This document shows positions 1 to 12,902 of a stretch of DNA of 64,000 nucleotides, piece by piece. The position numbers were made by a program, and so were the translations under genes. The notes beneath the pieces were generated by a model. It ran no database searches. It was not told where the DNA came from and saw nothing but the letters and a program-made list of their open reading frames with translations. Numbering within the stretch: the stretch's first letter is position 1; each line of letters opens with the position of its first letter. The stretch is from Eledone cirrhosa. Its lineage: Eukaryota. Location of the stretch: the NCBI GenBank assembly GCA_964016885.1, contig OZ024742.1:207700001-207764000 (forward strand). Reading direction: 5' to 3'.

Positions 1-111
1 ACTTTTGTTGATGAGCTTTTGTTTGAATGGTTTTACAATGTACATTTGGATATGTGCATGTATGTATGCTTGTATGTAGAAATCTATTTCTCTCTCTCTC
101 TATCTCGCTAT

Positions 112-146
<35 letters not shown>

Positions 147-636
147 CATATATTTATATATATAGAGAGAGAGAGATGTATGTATGTATGTATTCGTACG
201 CGCACTTATGTATGTGTTTGTGTTTAAGTACCTGTATATCGCTATGTTATCTTTATGTTGACATCACTTAAATCCAGTGCATTTTCATTATGTCTCGTAA
301 CTCAAGTGCCAGACCGAAGAATAAGTACTTAGGTCGATTTGATCGACTCACCCTTCAAGGAGGCACCCCAGTATTACTCCTGTTCAAAGTCATATTTCAG
401 GGTAAACGTCTAGAATGTTTTGCATATTTTATAGTATAATTATGTATGAACACATATGTGCCATTCCTCTGTATATCTTGACGTGTAAATGCATGTGTAC
501 GAAATCATGAATACGTATTAAGTTATGTGTGTATAGAGACTCGAGTGTAAAGATAACAACTGAAGATGACAAAGAGGTAAAATAGAGAAAGTTAATTTCA
601 TTATAAAGTCAGATTTATTGGGGTAGGATGAAGGGA

Positions 637-746
637 GAAGAAGAAGAAGAAGAAGAAGAAGAAGAAGAAGAAGAAGAAGAAGAAGAAGAAGAAGAAGAAG
701 AAGAAGAAGAAGAAGAAGAAGAAGAAGAAGAAGAAGAAGAAGAAGA
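637..746. repeat. (GAA)n microsatellite
   Basis: Uninterrupted GAA run seen directly. Confidence 0.98.
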
Positions 747-2217
747 GTTAATAAGTGCTTTACTAGGAGTTATAGAGTGCTGTGGAGTGTTGTGGTGGTA
801 GTGTATTTTAAATGATAGCGATATTGATATGAATTATAGTATATATGGTGCATTGAAGTATTAGAGTTGGAGATATCGTTGTTGTGTAATGGTAGTAGTA
901 ATGAAATAGTAGGGGTTTGGAGATAATCGTACAACTGGAAGTAATATTGTTAGTGAAGTGGTTGTACTGTTTGTTGTATTGATGTATGGTGTACTTGAGG
1001 GTGATATAGGTACATACTGAGATGTGGTGCCTGTGACGGCGATGGTAGTAGTGGTGATTTGAGCTTTGATTCAGTGGTGGTGAAGCTGGTGGTATTGGTG
1101 AGGTGTTGGTACGATGGTAAGACTGGAGTTCTTGGCAGTAGTACAATAGCGATGGTGAGCGTGTTGTTAATACAAGTGATGGTGGTTGTGGTGGTGCAGT
1201 TGTAAAGTCATAAAAAATAGCATAGATACTTGCGCAGTGGTGGTGATGAAGACATAGTTCTGTGAGGGGAATACGAAAATGTGCCATTGTTTGCGGAGAA
1301 GTAACAGGAAACAGCATATGATACCAGCGATCATTTCACTTCCGTAATAGACACCCCTCTAACATTCAACGTTTTGTGTATGTGATGTGAGTGTTTGAGC
1401 ATTGCGTATAGTTTTCTGAGGATTGTCTGTGACAGTTTATATAAAGTGTTTGTTTCAGGAATATATGTGTGCATGTATTTAGTGTATGATTGATTATGAA
1501 TATTGCATGTATCCGGGCATGTATAAAAATGGGTGTATGCGTCCATGTGTGTGTGGGGGGGGGGCGTATGTGTGCATGCATGTGTCTGTGTGTGCATGAG
1601 TGTGGCTGTAAATGTATGGACGATGGTTTCTTGAAAGGTGTTATTTTTACAGCAATCATGATTATTCTTGGGTGTATATGTCTATGAGCATGGTGTATGG
1701 TCTAGAACAAAGATTCTCAACGGGGGGCATATGCACCCCGGGGGGGGGGGGGGCATTTCACAACTCCAGAGATGCGTTGGGGGGGGGGGGCTTTTTGGAG
1801 CAAGGGGATATTTGGAGCTTGGGAGGAAGTCACTAGGGGGCGCTGGGAGTCTCTTTACTTTGGTAAGTTTTATAACCCATATTTGTATGTCTCTGAGACA
1901 GCCAATGTGAATGCATTTGAATGAGCATGCAGACAGCATAACTAGGCTCTGACCGCAGCTGTGAGCAGGCGTGTCTAGACATTAAGCGGCAATTGAGATC
2001 CTGAAATTTGAAAAACCCACAGTCAACTGGGTCAAGGACACTTTGAGTGCAACCAGTTAGAATCTTGTCTTTCCTTCACTGATAACAATGTATTTCATGT
2101 CTGAAACTATTGACTCAACCGTAACTAGTTAACACTGTGTAGATCTATTTTATTCCCTATTGTATAAATAATATTACAATTAGAAAAAAGAAAAGAAAAA
2201 AACACAGAAGGGGAGAA

Positions 2218-2727
2218 CACACATCTAGGATCTCATAAAACACATAAGCTGGTAATACACACATTTACGACCACATACAACACATAATCAGGTAGCACAC
2301 ACATCTAAGACCACATACAACAAAAATTCAGATAATACACACATCTAAGACCACATACAACACATAAGCAGGTAATACACACATTTAGGACCACATACAA
2401 AACATAATCAGGTAATACACACATCTAGGACCACATACTACACATAATCAGGTAATACAAACACCTAGGACCACATACAACACATAATCAGGTAATACAT
2501 AATTCTAGGACCACATACAACACATAATAAGGTAATACATAATTCTAGGACCACATACAACACATAAGTAGCTAATAGACATATCTAGGACCACATACAA
2601 CACACAAGCAGATAATACATACAGCTGGGGTCATATGTAATACATAAGCAAGTAATACATACATCTAGGGCTATATACAACAGACAGGCAGGTAATATAT
2701 ACATTTCGGGCCACATACAACACACAT
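2218..2727. repeat. 40-bp minisatellite, about 13 units
   Basis: Consensus CACACATCTAGGACCACATACAACACATAATCAGGTAATA recurs at an exact 40-nt period (2221, 2261 ... 2701). Confidence 0.95.
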
Positions 2728-2729
2728 TG

Positions 2730-3778
2730 TATCATCTGCTACGGACGACGCAAGAGCAATAGTCGGCCAACATAAGGGTTTCGTCACTCTTCTGAAGAGA
2801 GAAAATCTATCTGTTTTTTTTTCATTGTGTCATTCATTGACAACACTTGGCTGCGAAGAAACTCAGCGAGCCGCGGAGCAAGTCCTTGCAGGTGGCCATT
2901 GATGTCATCAATTTTATCAAACGCCATTCCCTCAATGAACGAATTTTCCGGCAACTGTGCCATGATAATTACGAAGAATTCGTCAAGTTGCTCCTTCATA
3001 CTGAAGTGAGGTGGCTTTCAAAGGGCAAGTGCCTTACTCACTTCTTTGAACTGTTCGACTCTACTATTGAGTTTCTTCGAGGACGCAACACAGAACTGTA
3101 CAAGAAAACCGTCGATGTGAGGCATGACTGCGCCTACCTCGTCGACATCTTCGACAAATGCAATAGCGTCATTATGGCTTTGCTGGTGAAGAAGATTACC
3201 TTGCTTAAACCAAAGAGTGCTGTGAAAACATTCCTGGCCAAATTGAATGTCATCGAAAGGAATCTTTATTGACGGGAATTCTATAATTTTGCTAGTGTTG
3301 CCAATGTTCAAAACATTGTAAGCGATGACCAACTCCAAATTTATACCGCTCACCTCTGCGCGCTACAAGACCACATGAGAGAACGGTTTGTTGACCTTTT
3401 GCCAATGGACATCTCAATGTGTATAGCAGATCCCTTCATAGCTACCGTCTACGATTTGGACGTTAAATTTCAGGAAGAATTCATTGAACATCAAACAGAT
3501 GACATGATCAAAATTAGATTTCCCAAAATCTTTTTTGGATGCAAGAAGAAATTTAGCGTCGATTTCCACTCCTACATGGAGAGGTTAAGAAATTTGCTCT
3601 GTCTTTTCCAAGCTCATACTTAGTCGAGAGGAGGTTTGGTGCTGTTTCCAGACTGCACAGTAAGTCTCGCAACCGATCCAATGTAATTACACGTGGAGAT
3701 ATCTGGCTACATCTTACGAAAATTCAGCCTCGTGTCAAAGAGTTAGCTAGACTCCATGAAGCTCAAGGGTTCCATTGA
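2730..3778 (+). pseudogene. hAT transposase C-terminal part (ZBED8/SCAND3/Buster-like), disrupted
   Basis: Motifs TDDARAIVGQHKGFV, HCVIH-x-QHLAAKK, LLLHTEVRWLSKG and FPSSYLVERxFGAV...RGD, broken by stops and frameshifts. Confidence 0.92.
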
Positions 3779-4489
3779 AATTAGGTCAAAGTTAAAGTAA
3801 TTTGATTTATCCGAAAACTTGGATATGCTATTGTTACAAAACAAACAAAAACTTTTTTTATTTGTATTTGCAGTCTGACTTAACTGGAAACCATCTACTA
3901 CAATTCACTTACTCATTTGTCGTATATATTTTACCATTTACTAATGAATATACCCTCTAACGTGGTCATGAAACCCTCTGCCATGGTCTCTAAGCTCACG
4001 AAGCGGAGGGGACATCAAGTTAGATATCAACATTTATTCTGTCTGTTTCATTAACGGGAAAATTGGAAAGCTTTGAAGTGATATAATTACCAATTTCCTC
4101 CAGATAAGAGCACTCTTTGGATAGACAGAGTTGCTCTTGTATAAATGTTCAAAATAGCTGCTATCATCTGGTGGGGGAATATAACAAATTCAACTGGTCC
4201 TTCTTCATAAAAAAGAACATTTATGTTCCTTTTTTTGAAATTTATATATTTCCTTTCAAGGAATATATTTATACTCTCAGCTGCCTGCAATGGTATCTTT
4301 GTGATATTGTTAATCAATTTTTTAGTAATCGACTGATATCAAAATCAGTCGTATATTGAAAAATGGAAAAATAGAGTAGGGGGCCTTTCGTGATTTCGAG
4401 GCCTAAATGAGTTGAGAAACTGTGTTCTAGAATATTTGGATGCATTTTATTGTATTTACCCATACATATAGATACATACATACGCGCAA

Positions 4490-4631
<142 letters not shown>

Positions 4632-4859
4632 TAGAAAAGGAAACGGAAAACAACACGACAAAACGATATAGTGCAATAATTCACCGCTTGTTATATGAGG
4701 AAAAATCTTAATATTTCGGATATTATTCGTTCATTTGATAATAGAATGAGAAATAAAAGAAATATAGATGGGAGAGGATAAGGAGGGGTAGAAACGGAAA
4801 ATGCGGTCAATGATATACAATCGTCGGATTTCACTTCAATTTATTATTATAATTACTCA

Positions 4860-4950
4860 GTCGGTTAGTTTAACAACCAGTTGGTTGTTTAGCTGTTGAT
4901 TGTCTTCAAAGCTCTTTCGTCACACTTTCTGTGACACCCCCAGTGTCTAC
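4860..4950 (-). mobile_element. Old PLE terminal remnant with a degenerate hammerhead motif
   Basis: Minus strand reads CTGGGGGT-GTCACA-GAAAG-TGTGAC-GAAAGAGCTT...AAACAACCAACTGGTTGT. It has the same stem II and downstream sequence as the HHR at 28497, but the CUGANGA core is destroyed. Confidence 0.5.
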
Positions 4951-5228
4951 ATATGCTGTTATTTTGTGTCTCTCTATTGTTCTGTTCCAATTGCAGAAAC
5001 TGAAATGGAGGAGGAATTCAAGTAAAAATTATTGTGGTATTCAGAGTATAACTACTATATTGAAGTTGCCTGGTTCTTATAGGAAAGGTTTTTTTTTGAT
5101 CGGTGATAGTTTTGCAAATAAGGTTTGCAGTTGCGATTTCTTGACGAATCTGCCTAAACATATCCTATTTTCACTTCTCTGTTCCACATCTTGAAGCTTT
5201 ACATTAAATTCATCTTTTTTATCTAATA

Positions 5229-6162
5229 CTAGCAGTGGTATCCGTCGTTGCACGGGATAAGGTATTTTGGAACGCGGGCCGCCAACATACCTAATCGTGG
5301 AAAAACTGCATGCCTGGACAATATGTAAAGAAAATAAACCGAATACTCTGATGGTTGGATAATCTTTAAGATTTTCCTCGATGTAACAGGAAAAATGCAG
5401 GTTTTCACCTAATGCGGGCCCTGGGGGAACAAGAAAATGAATTGTTTTTATGTGCACAATATGCCTTGAAATTTCGGGAAAATCGGCTTGATTTAACGCG
5501 TCAAAAAAGCTCTAAAAAGCTGAACAAATGAAGTTTTTCACCTAATGCGGGCCCTAGGCCATAAGAAAGTTGGATTTTCTTTGCTTACGGTATGAAGAAG
5601 AGACTGACTAATACATAGTTACAATTTCAAGCAAATCAGTCTGACGTAACGCCTCAAAAAACCCCTAAAAATCTTTAAAAACGCAGTTTTTATCTAATGC
5701 GGGCTCTAGGAGATAAAAAAAAAGTTGAATATTTTATGTGCATAACACTCCTTGAAACATACGTAATACACATGTAAAGTTTGAAAAAAATCGGTTGGGT
5801 ATTTCTCAGGTTTTAAGGATTCAAACTCACAGACACACACACACACACACAGACAGACATCCTCAGGGAAGTGACGTAATGCAGACAGCCAGCCATACAG
5901 ACAGATATTATAAGGGCGTGACCTTATATGTATGTATCTATCTAAAAAGAGAAAGACTAAGAATTATAGAGAGAGATCGCTAAATCGCCTAATGCGGTCC
6001 CTAGGGCATTGCAAATTTGAAATTCTTTTTGCTCGGAACACTCCCTAAAACATAAGTATTACATGTGTAAAGTTTGAAAACAGTTGGTTTGGTGGTTCTC
6101 GAGTTTTAGGGATTCGAACTCACACACACACTGACAGACATCCTCAGTTTTATATATATAGA
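5229..6162 (-). mobile_element. Non-autonomous Helitron, copy 1
   Basis: On the minus strand it starts A|TC (6162) and ends CTAG|T (5229), with a GC-rich hairpin about 10 nt before the CTAG. Internal CCTAATGCGGGCCCTAGG motif occurs about 4 times. Homologous to 34468-35997. Confidence 0.8.
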
Positions 6163-6756
6163 TGGCAATTTCTAGATATATAGGTGTGTTAAATGAGAGA
6201 AAGTGTATCTTCGTCGAATTAATGTTTTGTGGGATTGTTTCAAATAATCTAGAGTTTCTTTAAAGCTAGTCCTTATAAATGTTTCATTATTGTAGGGTGT
6301 GGTTATATTGAATAGCGGCCTAACAGAACTAGGTTGGGCACTACCATACTTATGTTACCTATTGTGTTTTTATGGTCACGGAGAACGTGAGAGCATTTGT
6401 ACGTCATGTATAATCAATAGTTGACTCACATTAAACGTAATATTTTATTGTAGTTGGTACTTTTAAATTCTGCCGCACTCACACACACACACATACACAC
6501 ACAGAGATACACAAACAGACATACACACACATACACACACACAGCAACACACACACACAGACACAGACACACATAAACGCACTGTTGCTTTCGTTTGTTG
6601 TCTTGTCTTTGTTAATTTTCCTAAGTTTTATGTATATATATATAGAGAGAAAAAATTAGAACTTAGCTTCGATTTGTATTGAGGCAGTTACTAACATATC
6701 CCAGTGCCCCAATAATCACAGGCATAAATCCGAAGGTGTAATCAGGGTGGAGTATC

Positions 6757-7040
6757 TATGTATGTATGTATGTATGTATGTATGTATGTATGTATGTATG
6801 TATGTATGTATGTATGTATGTGTGCATGTATGTATGTATGTATGTATGTGTGCATGTATGTATGTTGGTATGTGTGTATGTATGTATGTATGTATGTATG
6901 TTTGTATGTACGTATGTCTGTATATATGTATGTATGCATGTATGTGTATATGCATGCAGGCCTTTTCGTATATATGTGTATATGTATACCTGAAATTGTA
7001 TGTGTATGTAAATATGTATATATGTTCATGCGTATACATG
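6757..7040. repeat. (TATG)n microsatellite, degenerate distally
   Basis: Seen directly. Confidence 0.95.
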
Positions 7041-8329
7041 ACACGTTTTACTGCAGTGTGATCAGATGTCACCGTCAGTATTATAGCCTTTCAGATAACT
7101 GCCTCTTCTTCACTCTCTTATTTCTACTCTTCCAGTCCCACCCAATACCACCTTCTCGCATTAAACTTCCGCGCCACAATCTCTTTTCAGATTAAATCTC
7201 ATCAGTAACCGGATTCTCACAGACCATGACTTTGATTTAGAATTCCAATTTCATATTCGATTATTGTAATATTATGGTGATAGAGGTGTTGGTAGTGACA
7301 TAGTGCGATAGTCCCGATGTTATTGATACTGCTATTGTTGGGTAGTATTTGTTTATTGTTTGGTTGGTTGGTAGTAGTGGTAATGGTAATTCCTGAGGAT
7401 TGTCTTGATACTGATTCAGGTCCTAATGTTAGGGTGGTAGTCGAAGTGGTAGTGTTATGCTGTACTAGGTGGTTATTGGGTGGTGATGGTGGTTATAGGG
7501 AGGTAGAGATAATGGAGCTATAACAGTTATTATACGGCGAAAATGTAATAGCAGCGGCATGCTGAAGATGGTGACAGTGTTTTATTGGTGGCAACGAGGC
7601 TGATATGGTCGTATGGTGATAGAAATTATGTAAACCTGAAGGCAATGATTCAATATGTCCTTGACAATCACACCTGAAACAATCTAAATCAATGATGTCA
7701 CTATTTGTGGAAGCCAACGTGATAGCGCCGATAGAATTATTGTTCTAATACTCTGGCTATTCAAAATATGCACAAGCCTGACTGGCTGTTAGGGCGAGCG
7801 ATGTTCTGGGCGTAAAGAACTTTCTGGACGTTTATGTTTTCGACTACTCCACTTCCTCCCCCTCTTGCTGTTGTTACTGTTGTTGCTGCTGCTGTTGCTT
7901 TTGTTGTTGTTGTTGTTGTTGATTCACCTCAGGCGCCTGAGGATCCTCCTCAGAAGCGCTAGAGATACGACTGGGAGACGGACTAATTCCTCTAAGGATG
8001 TGCCGAGTTGGTGATGGTATCTCTCGATCGCCAATGCAGGCCATCGTAGCCAGAGGTGTTCAAACGACTCCTCCTCTTCACCGCAGAGTCTGCAAGTGCT
8101 GTCTTCACATTTGTCAGTCAGTAGCTGCCACCCGCGAAGTGCTGGATGGTGCCCACTTCTGAAGCGGATAAGGTGGGTGAGATCAGCCTTGTCTATAGCG
8201 TTTTAGACTTTCTCGTCCGGCGGTTTGCTGAAGGTTTGGATAGTTCTCTCGTGGGTGAAGGGTGCTGGTCTACACTCCCTTTTGATGAGAGTTTGTCTCG
8301 TGGCATGGTCAGCAGGGGTGTTAGTTTGC

Positions 8330-9126
8330 GGAAGTGAGGAGCCCTGCTTTGCGAGTTTGTCTGCTAGTTCATTCCCTTGTAGATTACAGTAAGCAGGGAC
8401 CCATACAACAGTTAGGTTTTTGTCTTCTCCGAGGTTGTTAACTGCTGCCAGGAGTTCTGTTATAATGGGATCTTTGGGGGAAGAGTTGTCGATTGCCTGA
8501 ACTAGAGATTTACAGTCGCAGATGATGGTCGCCGAAGTCCATTTTGCGTTAATGGTTTGTAACCAGTGGATAGCTTTTCTAAGCGCAGCTTTTTATGAGT
8601 GAAAGGAGCTACTTCTAGCGCCTGTTTCTGTACGCCACTCGTGGACGACCTCACCATATTTCATGATAACCATACCAGCTCCGCCATCGGTAGTATCTTC
8701 TTTTGTAGACCCATCGGTGTAGATTTGAACATCTGACGGGGCGAGGGTTGATATGGTGTCTAAGGCTGCCGTCAGTTGTTGGTTTGCGTTTTGGGAATTT
8801 GAGGTATTGGTGTAGATTACATGTGGGGGGGGGGGGCTTAGCCATGGGGAAGGTTCTGGATCTTTGGGTAGGCGTGTCGGGGGGATAAGATGTAGTCGTG
8901 CCAGGTGCTGGGATTGGGTGCCTCTCCAGTCTGTCTTTTTTAGCCTTTTTCGGCAGCTGGTATTGAAAACTTTGTGCCGTTCGCCCGTCTTTGGTAGGTT
9001 TGCCCAGTGATCAACTTTAAGCAGTACAAATGTCGAGAATCTGGAAGAGAGCGTTGGTAACTGTGATTCTGCTAGCACAGTGTCGATCGGCGTGGTTCTG
9101 ACTTGGCCGGTGATGGTTCGAGCCAC
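8330..9126 (-). pseudogene. LINE post-RT region and RNase H domain
   Basis: VQIYTDGS, SSSFHS, IICDCKSLV and WVPAYCNLQGNELADKLAK motifs, with internal stops. Confidence 0.88.
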
Positions 9127-9149
9127 GTCTAGTTGTACTCATTCGAGCT

Positions 9150-10171
9150 TGCCGATGTTGGTGGCAGACAACCAGGGTATCCACGCCGGGGCCGCATATT
9201 CTGCGATGCATCGTTGTACGGCTGTGTAGATTTGACGAAGATCCGCCTTCCTCCAGCCCCACGTCGTTCCTGCTACAGTTTTTAGTAGGTTCGCTCTCGA
9301 TTGGATAGTTTGACATACCTTCTCGACATGTTCCCCAAAGGTTAACTGCCGATCGTATGTGATGCCCAGGAATGTTGGGAAAGGGTTGCAAGAAAGTTGC
9401 TTCCCGACTATTACGATACTGGGCTGCCACTTTGCCTCTGCTCCGTCAAGACTGAAAAATGCTGTCTCGCATTTATTAATATTGAGCTGCAGTCTAGCTC
9501 CCTTGCTCCATTCAGCTATCTTGTCAACCTCTTTTTGTAGTAGGACGGCTACTTAATTTATTCCTTCCGTTACACGCGATCGCCAGATCATCTGCATAGG
9601 CGCTGACGTGCGTAGATTCTTCAAATCCATCTAGGAGTCTGTTTATGTAGACTGTGAAGAGGATTGGAGACAGGACGGCTCCTTGTGGAAGGCCTTCTTT
9701 AAACACTCTGCTCCTACCTGTCGTTGAATTAAAATGTACTCTCGCGGTGCGGTTCACGAACCATGTCGACAACCATTCAACAAAACGTAGGGGAACACCA
9801 AGCCTCAGCATGCTCAGCAGTAGTCCGGTTCTCCAGACACGATCGTACGCCCTGCTAACGTCGAAAAATGTGGCTAGGGAGTGTTTGCGCTGCGACGACT
9901 GGAACCCATCCGAGATGAATTGGGAGAGTCGGAGGCATTGATCTGTTGTACTGCGTCCTTTCCTGAAACCCGAGTGCCAGGGACTGAAAATCAAATGCTC
10001 CTCGAGCCACCATAACAGACGGGTAGCAATCAGTCTTTCAAGTAGTTTTCCTATTGTTGAGGTCAGTGATATTGGGCGGTAGCTCCCTACTTCTGCTGGA
10101 TCTTTGCCTTTTTGTGGAAAGGTATGATTGTCGCTGTCCGCCAAGACTGAGGGCATCAATTTTTCGTCCAA
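9150..10171 (-). pseudogene. LINE reverse transcriptase domain
   Basis: SYRPISLTS, GFRKGRSTTDQ, FFDVSRAYDRVW, GLPQGAVLSP, YADD; frameshifted at both ends. Confidence 0.95.
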
Positions 10172-10877
10172 CTATGGTTTAAAATTTGCAAAAGTTCAAT
10201 TTGAATAGATTTGGTTAGGTGTTTGAGAAGGTCTGCCGCTATTTCATCTGGACCTGCTTATTTACGTGCTTTGATCTTTTTAATTGCAGCATTGAGTTCA
10301 TCCAGGGTGAAATCGACATCTATCCTTTTCCTGGGGCAAGGAGCAGGTCTTTCATTTCTCTTTTCAATAGTCTTCCAGTCCTTCTTGATTCTTTGTCGCT
10401 CTTTCTTCCACTTATAGTGGCATACTCTCGTACAAAAGCTGCAGCCTTCCCCCGGTCGCTGGCGTAGACAGTACCTTCATATGTCAAAGATTTCCCAGTT
10501 GACTTTGAAGCTTTGCCACATAATGACTTTACCGTGGCCCATGCCTGCTTGGTATCTTTCGTGTCTGAGATTTTTTGTAAGTGATTTCGCCACGCTTCCG
10601 TTTTTCCTTCCTCTGTGGGTCTTGCAATTTCTCTGCTGGTCCCCATCCATTGAGCACGGTTTCTTCCTATGTCACACCGCAATTTGTTACGTTTACGGAT
10701 TAAGCTTTTGAGTTCTGGATTCATCCAGGGTGTCTCCCGTGGACGGACGACTTTAATTGGCAGCACTTTGTCGTCCACCCTTTTTAGGAGAACGGATAGG
10801 GCAACCAACTTGTCGGAATGGGGAGTTTGTTCAGTTACCTAAGATACTCCTTCATCGAGACACTTTTTGAAGGTGGA

Positions 10878-11756
10878 CTAGTCAGCTTTCTCGTAGTTGC
10901 GGCGTATTTGTCTGTTTGGTACTTCCCCTTTCAGATCGGTTCCCCAGGTAATTAGGATTGGTAGATGGTCTGACGCGAGTTCGTTCATGGTTTCCCATGT
11001 GAATTGATCTGCCGAATCGGTATGTACGATGGTAAGATCTGGGGTACTCACACCTACTCCTTGTTGGTATTGCACCGCCCTTATTGGCGAACCAACATTG
11101 AGCGTTGATTTTGCGTGATCTTCCAGCCAATTCATTATGGTCGCGATTCTGGTATCTGGTCTGGCAAATTCGTCCCATGTTAAGTGATGGGCATTCACAT
11201 CGCCACAGATGAGACCATTTTCTGTAGGTAGGTGGTTGGCCCATCTTTGTTCATTGTCGGAGTGCGTGTAGTCCGACCTCTGCGGTGGAAAGTACAAATT
11301 GTGATAGGGAAATCTCGTCTGCTGTTCATGTGGATGATAACCTTTTGTGACTCTAAAGGGCTTGTAGTCGTGGAGGGGGGGGGGGTTATATTGGATACCT
11401 TGGCGTATATAGATCAGCAATCCACCACCTCTATGGTATTTTGTGCCGCTACCCGGTCGATCTTGTCTGAGGGAGTCATAACCATTTATATGCGGTGTCG
11501 GGTCTTCTAGTCTAAGATTCGTTTCTTGAATCAAGGCGATATCATCACTGTGGGAGGTGATCAACTGCTTCAATTCTGTAATATTGGTCGGTAGGAAGTC
11601 TGCATGCCATTCAAGAATCCGTAGTTGACGAATGGTATTTCTCGGTGGTTTAGATCGGTTTAAAGGCTGTGGGACAGTATTAGGAGGTGGAGCTAGGGAA
11701 TTTTGTTGAATTGTGACACAAATCCATTCTCTTAGTTGGCGAAGACGGTCGAGCAT
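10878..11756 (-). pseudogene. LINE AP endonuclease domain
   Basis: IALIQET, RGGGLLIYIR, ICGDVNAHH, TPDLT and SDHLPI motifs. Confidence 0.92.
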
Positions 11757-11759
11757 TGA

Positions 11760-12604
11760 TCTTGTCTCTGGCGCACATTTGAGATGGAAGGCGCGACTAC
11801 AATATTTACATATTAGGGGGGTTTTAGGGTGTCCAAGGGTTTTTGTACAGGTAGGACAGGATTTATTTACATGGGTAAGGGTGGGAGTTTGACCGATAGT
11901 GTTGTAAATGGCTAACGTCGCGGATTGGGTTTGGATCTTATGTACATGGGAGATGGCAATGTTCGTGTTTAGAGGCGAGGGGATGGGGGTCTAGTAGGGT
12001 TGTATGTACATGGGTATTTAAAAGTGCGTCACTGTTTTGCTGGGAGCGCTGTTCAGTATGTAGTCTGTAAAATGTGTGGTTGTGTGTGTGTGGGATTTCT
12101 AGTCTTGTTTTGTTTGTGCAGGTGTTGTGTCTGTAAGTGTGGTGTTGGTTGGTATGTTAGTGTGTGAGGGGGTGTGGGTGGGGGGGGGGGGGGGTAAGAT
12201 GTATTTGTACAAGATGAACATTGCCAAGAGGGCTTTAGTATATAACTCGAAAGGCCCGTACACCGTTTATGGGCAGTGTTAGGACACGTAGAGCAAAACA
12301 GGGGGGGGGGGGGGGAGTTGTCTGAACGAAGTTTTGCATGGCAGATTTGACATCCGTGAATGGAGTTCGCTGCAGGACGGATGGTAGGCACAACATTATT
12401 CCCCCGACAGAAGCCACGCACGAAGCCTTGAGGACTCTTTTTCTGTATTCGAGTCAGGCCGCTGCAGATCCTGTGGAAGATATGTCGGCAAGTCGAGCAG
12501 GAAATGGGCACGAAGTCTTGTCGGGTCGTCCTGGAACATCCCGCGCAGGATGGGCCAGGGTTCGACCCAACATCACCCGCCATGAGTAGTAACTTCCGCA
12601 GATG
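11760..12604 (-). pseudogene. LINE N-terminus: 2A-like peptide followed by PHD-like zinc fingers
   Basis: LRKLLLMAGDVGSNPGP, then repeated CxxC...CxxC...HxxC units. Confidence 0.8.
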
Positions 12605-12679
12605 TAGGGCCGGTCTTACAGCTCCGGTTGTCGAAAAAACCCCCCCAAAACGACGTGTCTCCCACGTCGCATCTCTGGG

Positions 12680-12787
12680 TGTATTCAGATCCTAATTTGA
12701 CATATATCCTTTCGGGCATCCGACCGAGCACACCGGACGTCCACGAAGGCCGCCACACGAGTAGGATCCGGATTCCGGTTTGTGCTC
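12680..12787 (-). ncRNA. Candidate HDV-like ribozyme or structured 5' end of the LINE
   Basis: P1 GAGCACA/UGUGCUC starts at the element's first base and is followed by GG. Pseudoknot GAUCCUA/UAGGAUC is preceded by GUCAAAU. A canonical P3/L3 could not be assigned. Confidence 0.4.
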
Positions 12788-12804
12788 TGCTGCTGCTGTT
12801 GCTG

Positions 12805-12847
<43 letters not shown>

Positions 12848-12902
12848 CTTCTTCTTCTTCTTCTTCTTCTTCTTCTTCTTCTTCTTCTTCTTCTTCTTCT
12901 TC
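12788..12902. repeat. Compound (CTG)(GTT)n(CTT)n microsatellite
   Basis: Seen directly. Confidence 0.95.

Larger units (their letters stand above)
1708..4424 (+). mobile_element. hAT (Buster/Charlie-type) DNA transposon with both ends, decayed
   Basis: Left TIR CAAAGATTCTCAAC (1708-1721). Right TIR GTTGAGAAACTGTG (4411-4424; rc CACAGTTTCTCAAC). Flanking 8-mers GTCTAGAA / TTCTAGAA match 7/8 and fit the nnnTAnnn Buster target. Internal transposase remnant. Confidence 0.88.
7900..12787 (-). mobile_element. Full-length decayed Ingi/I-group LINE (2A-like, PHD-like, APE, RT, RNase H)
   Basis: Collinear ORF fragments on the minus strand, a (CAA)n 3' tail near 7900-7921, and a candidate 16-bp TSD TGCTGCTGCTGTTGCT at 7884-7899 and 12788-12803 (low complexity). 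Confidence 0.88.

Noticed and set aside
808-1317. 169-aa ORF
   Set aside because: Thr/His/Pro-rich translation of low-complexity GTG/GTA-rich DNA, with no domain.
2218-2727. Possible CRISPR array
   Set aside because: Whole 40-bp units repeat with no unique spacers and no cas genes, in a eukaryotic context; it is a minisatellite.
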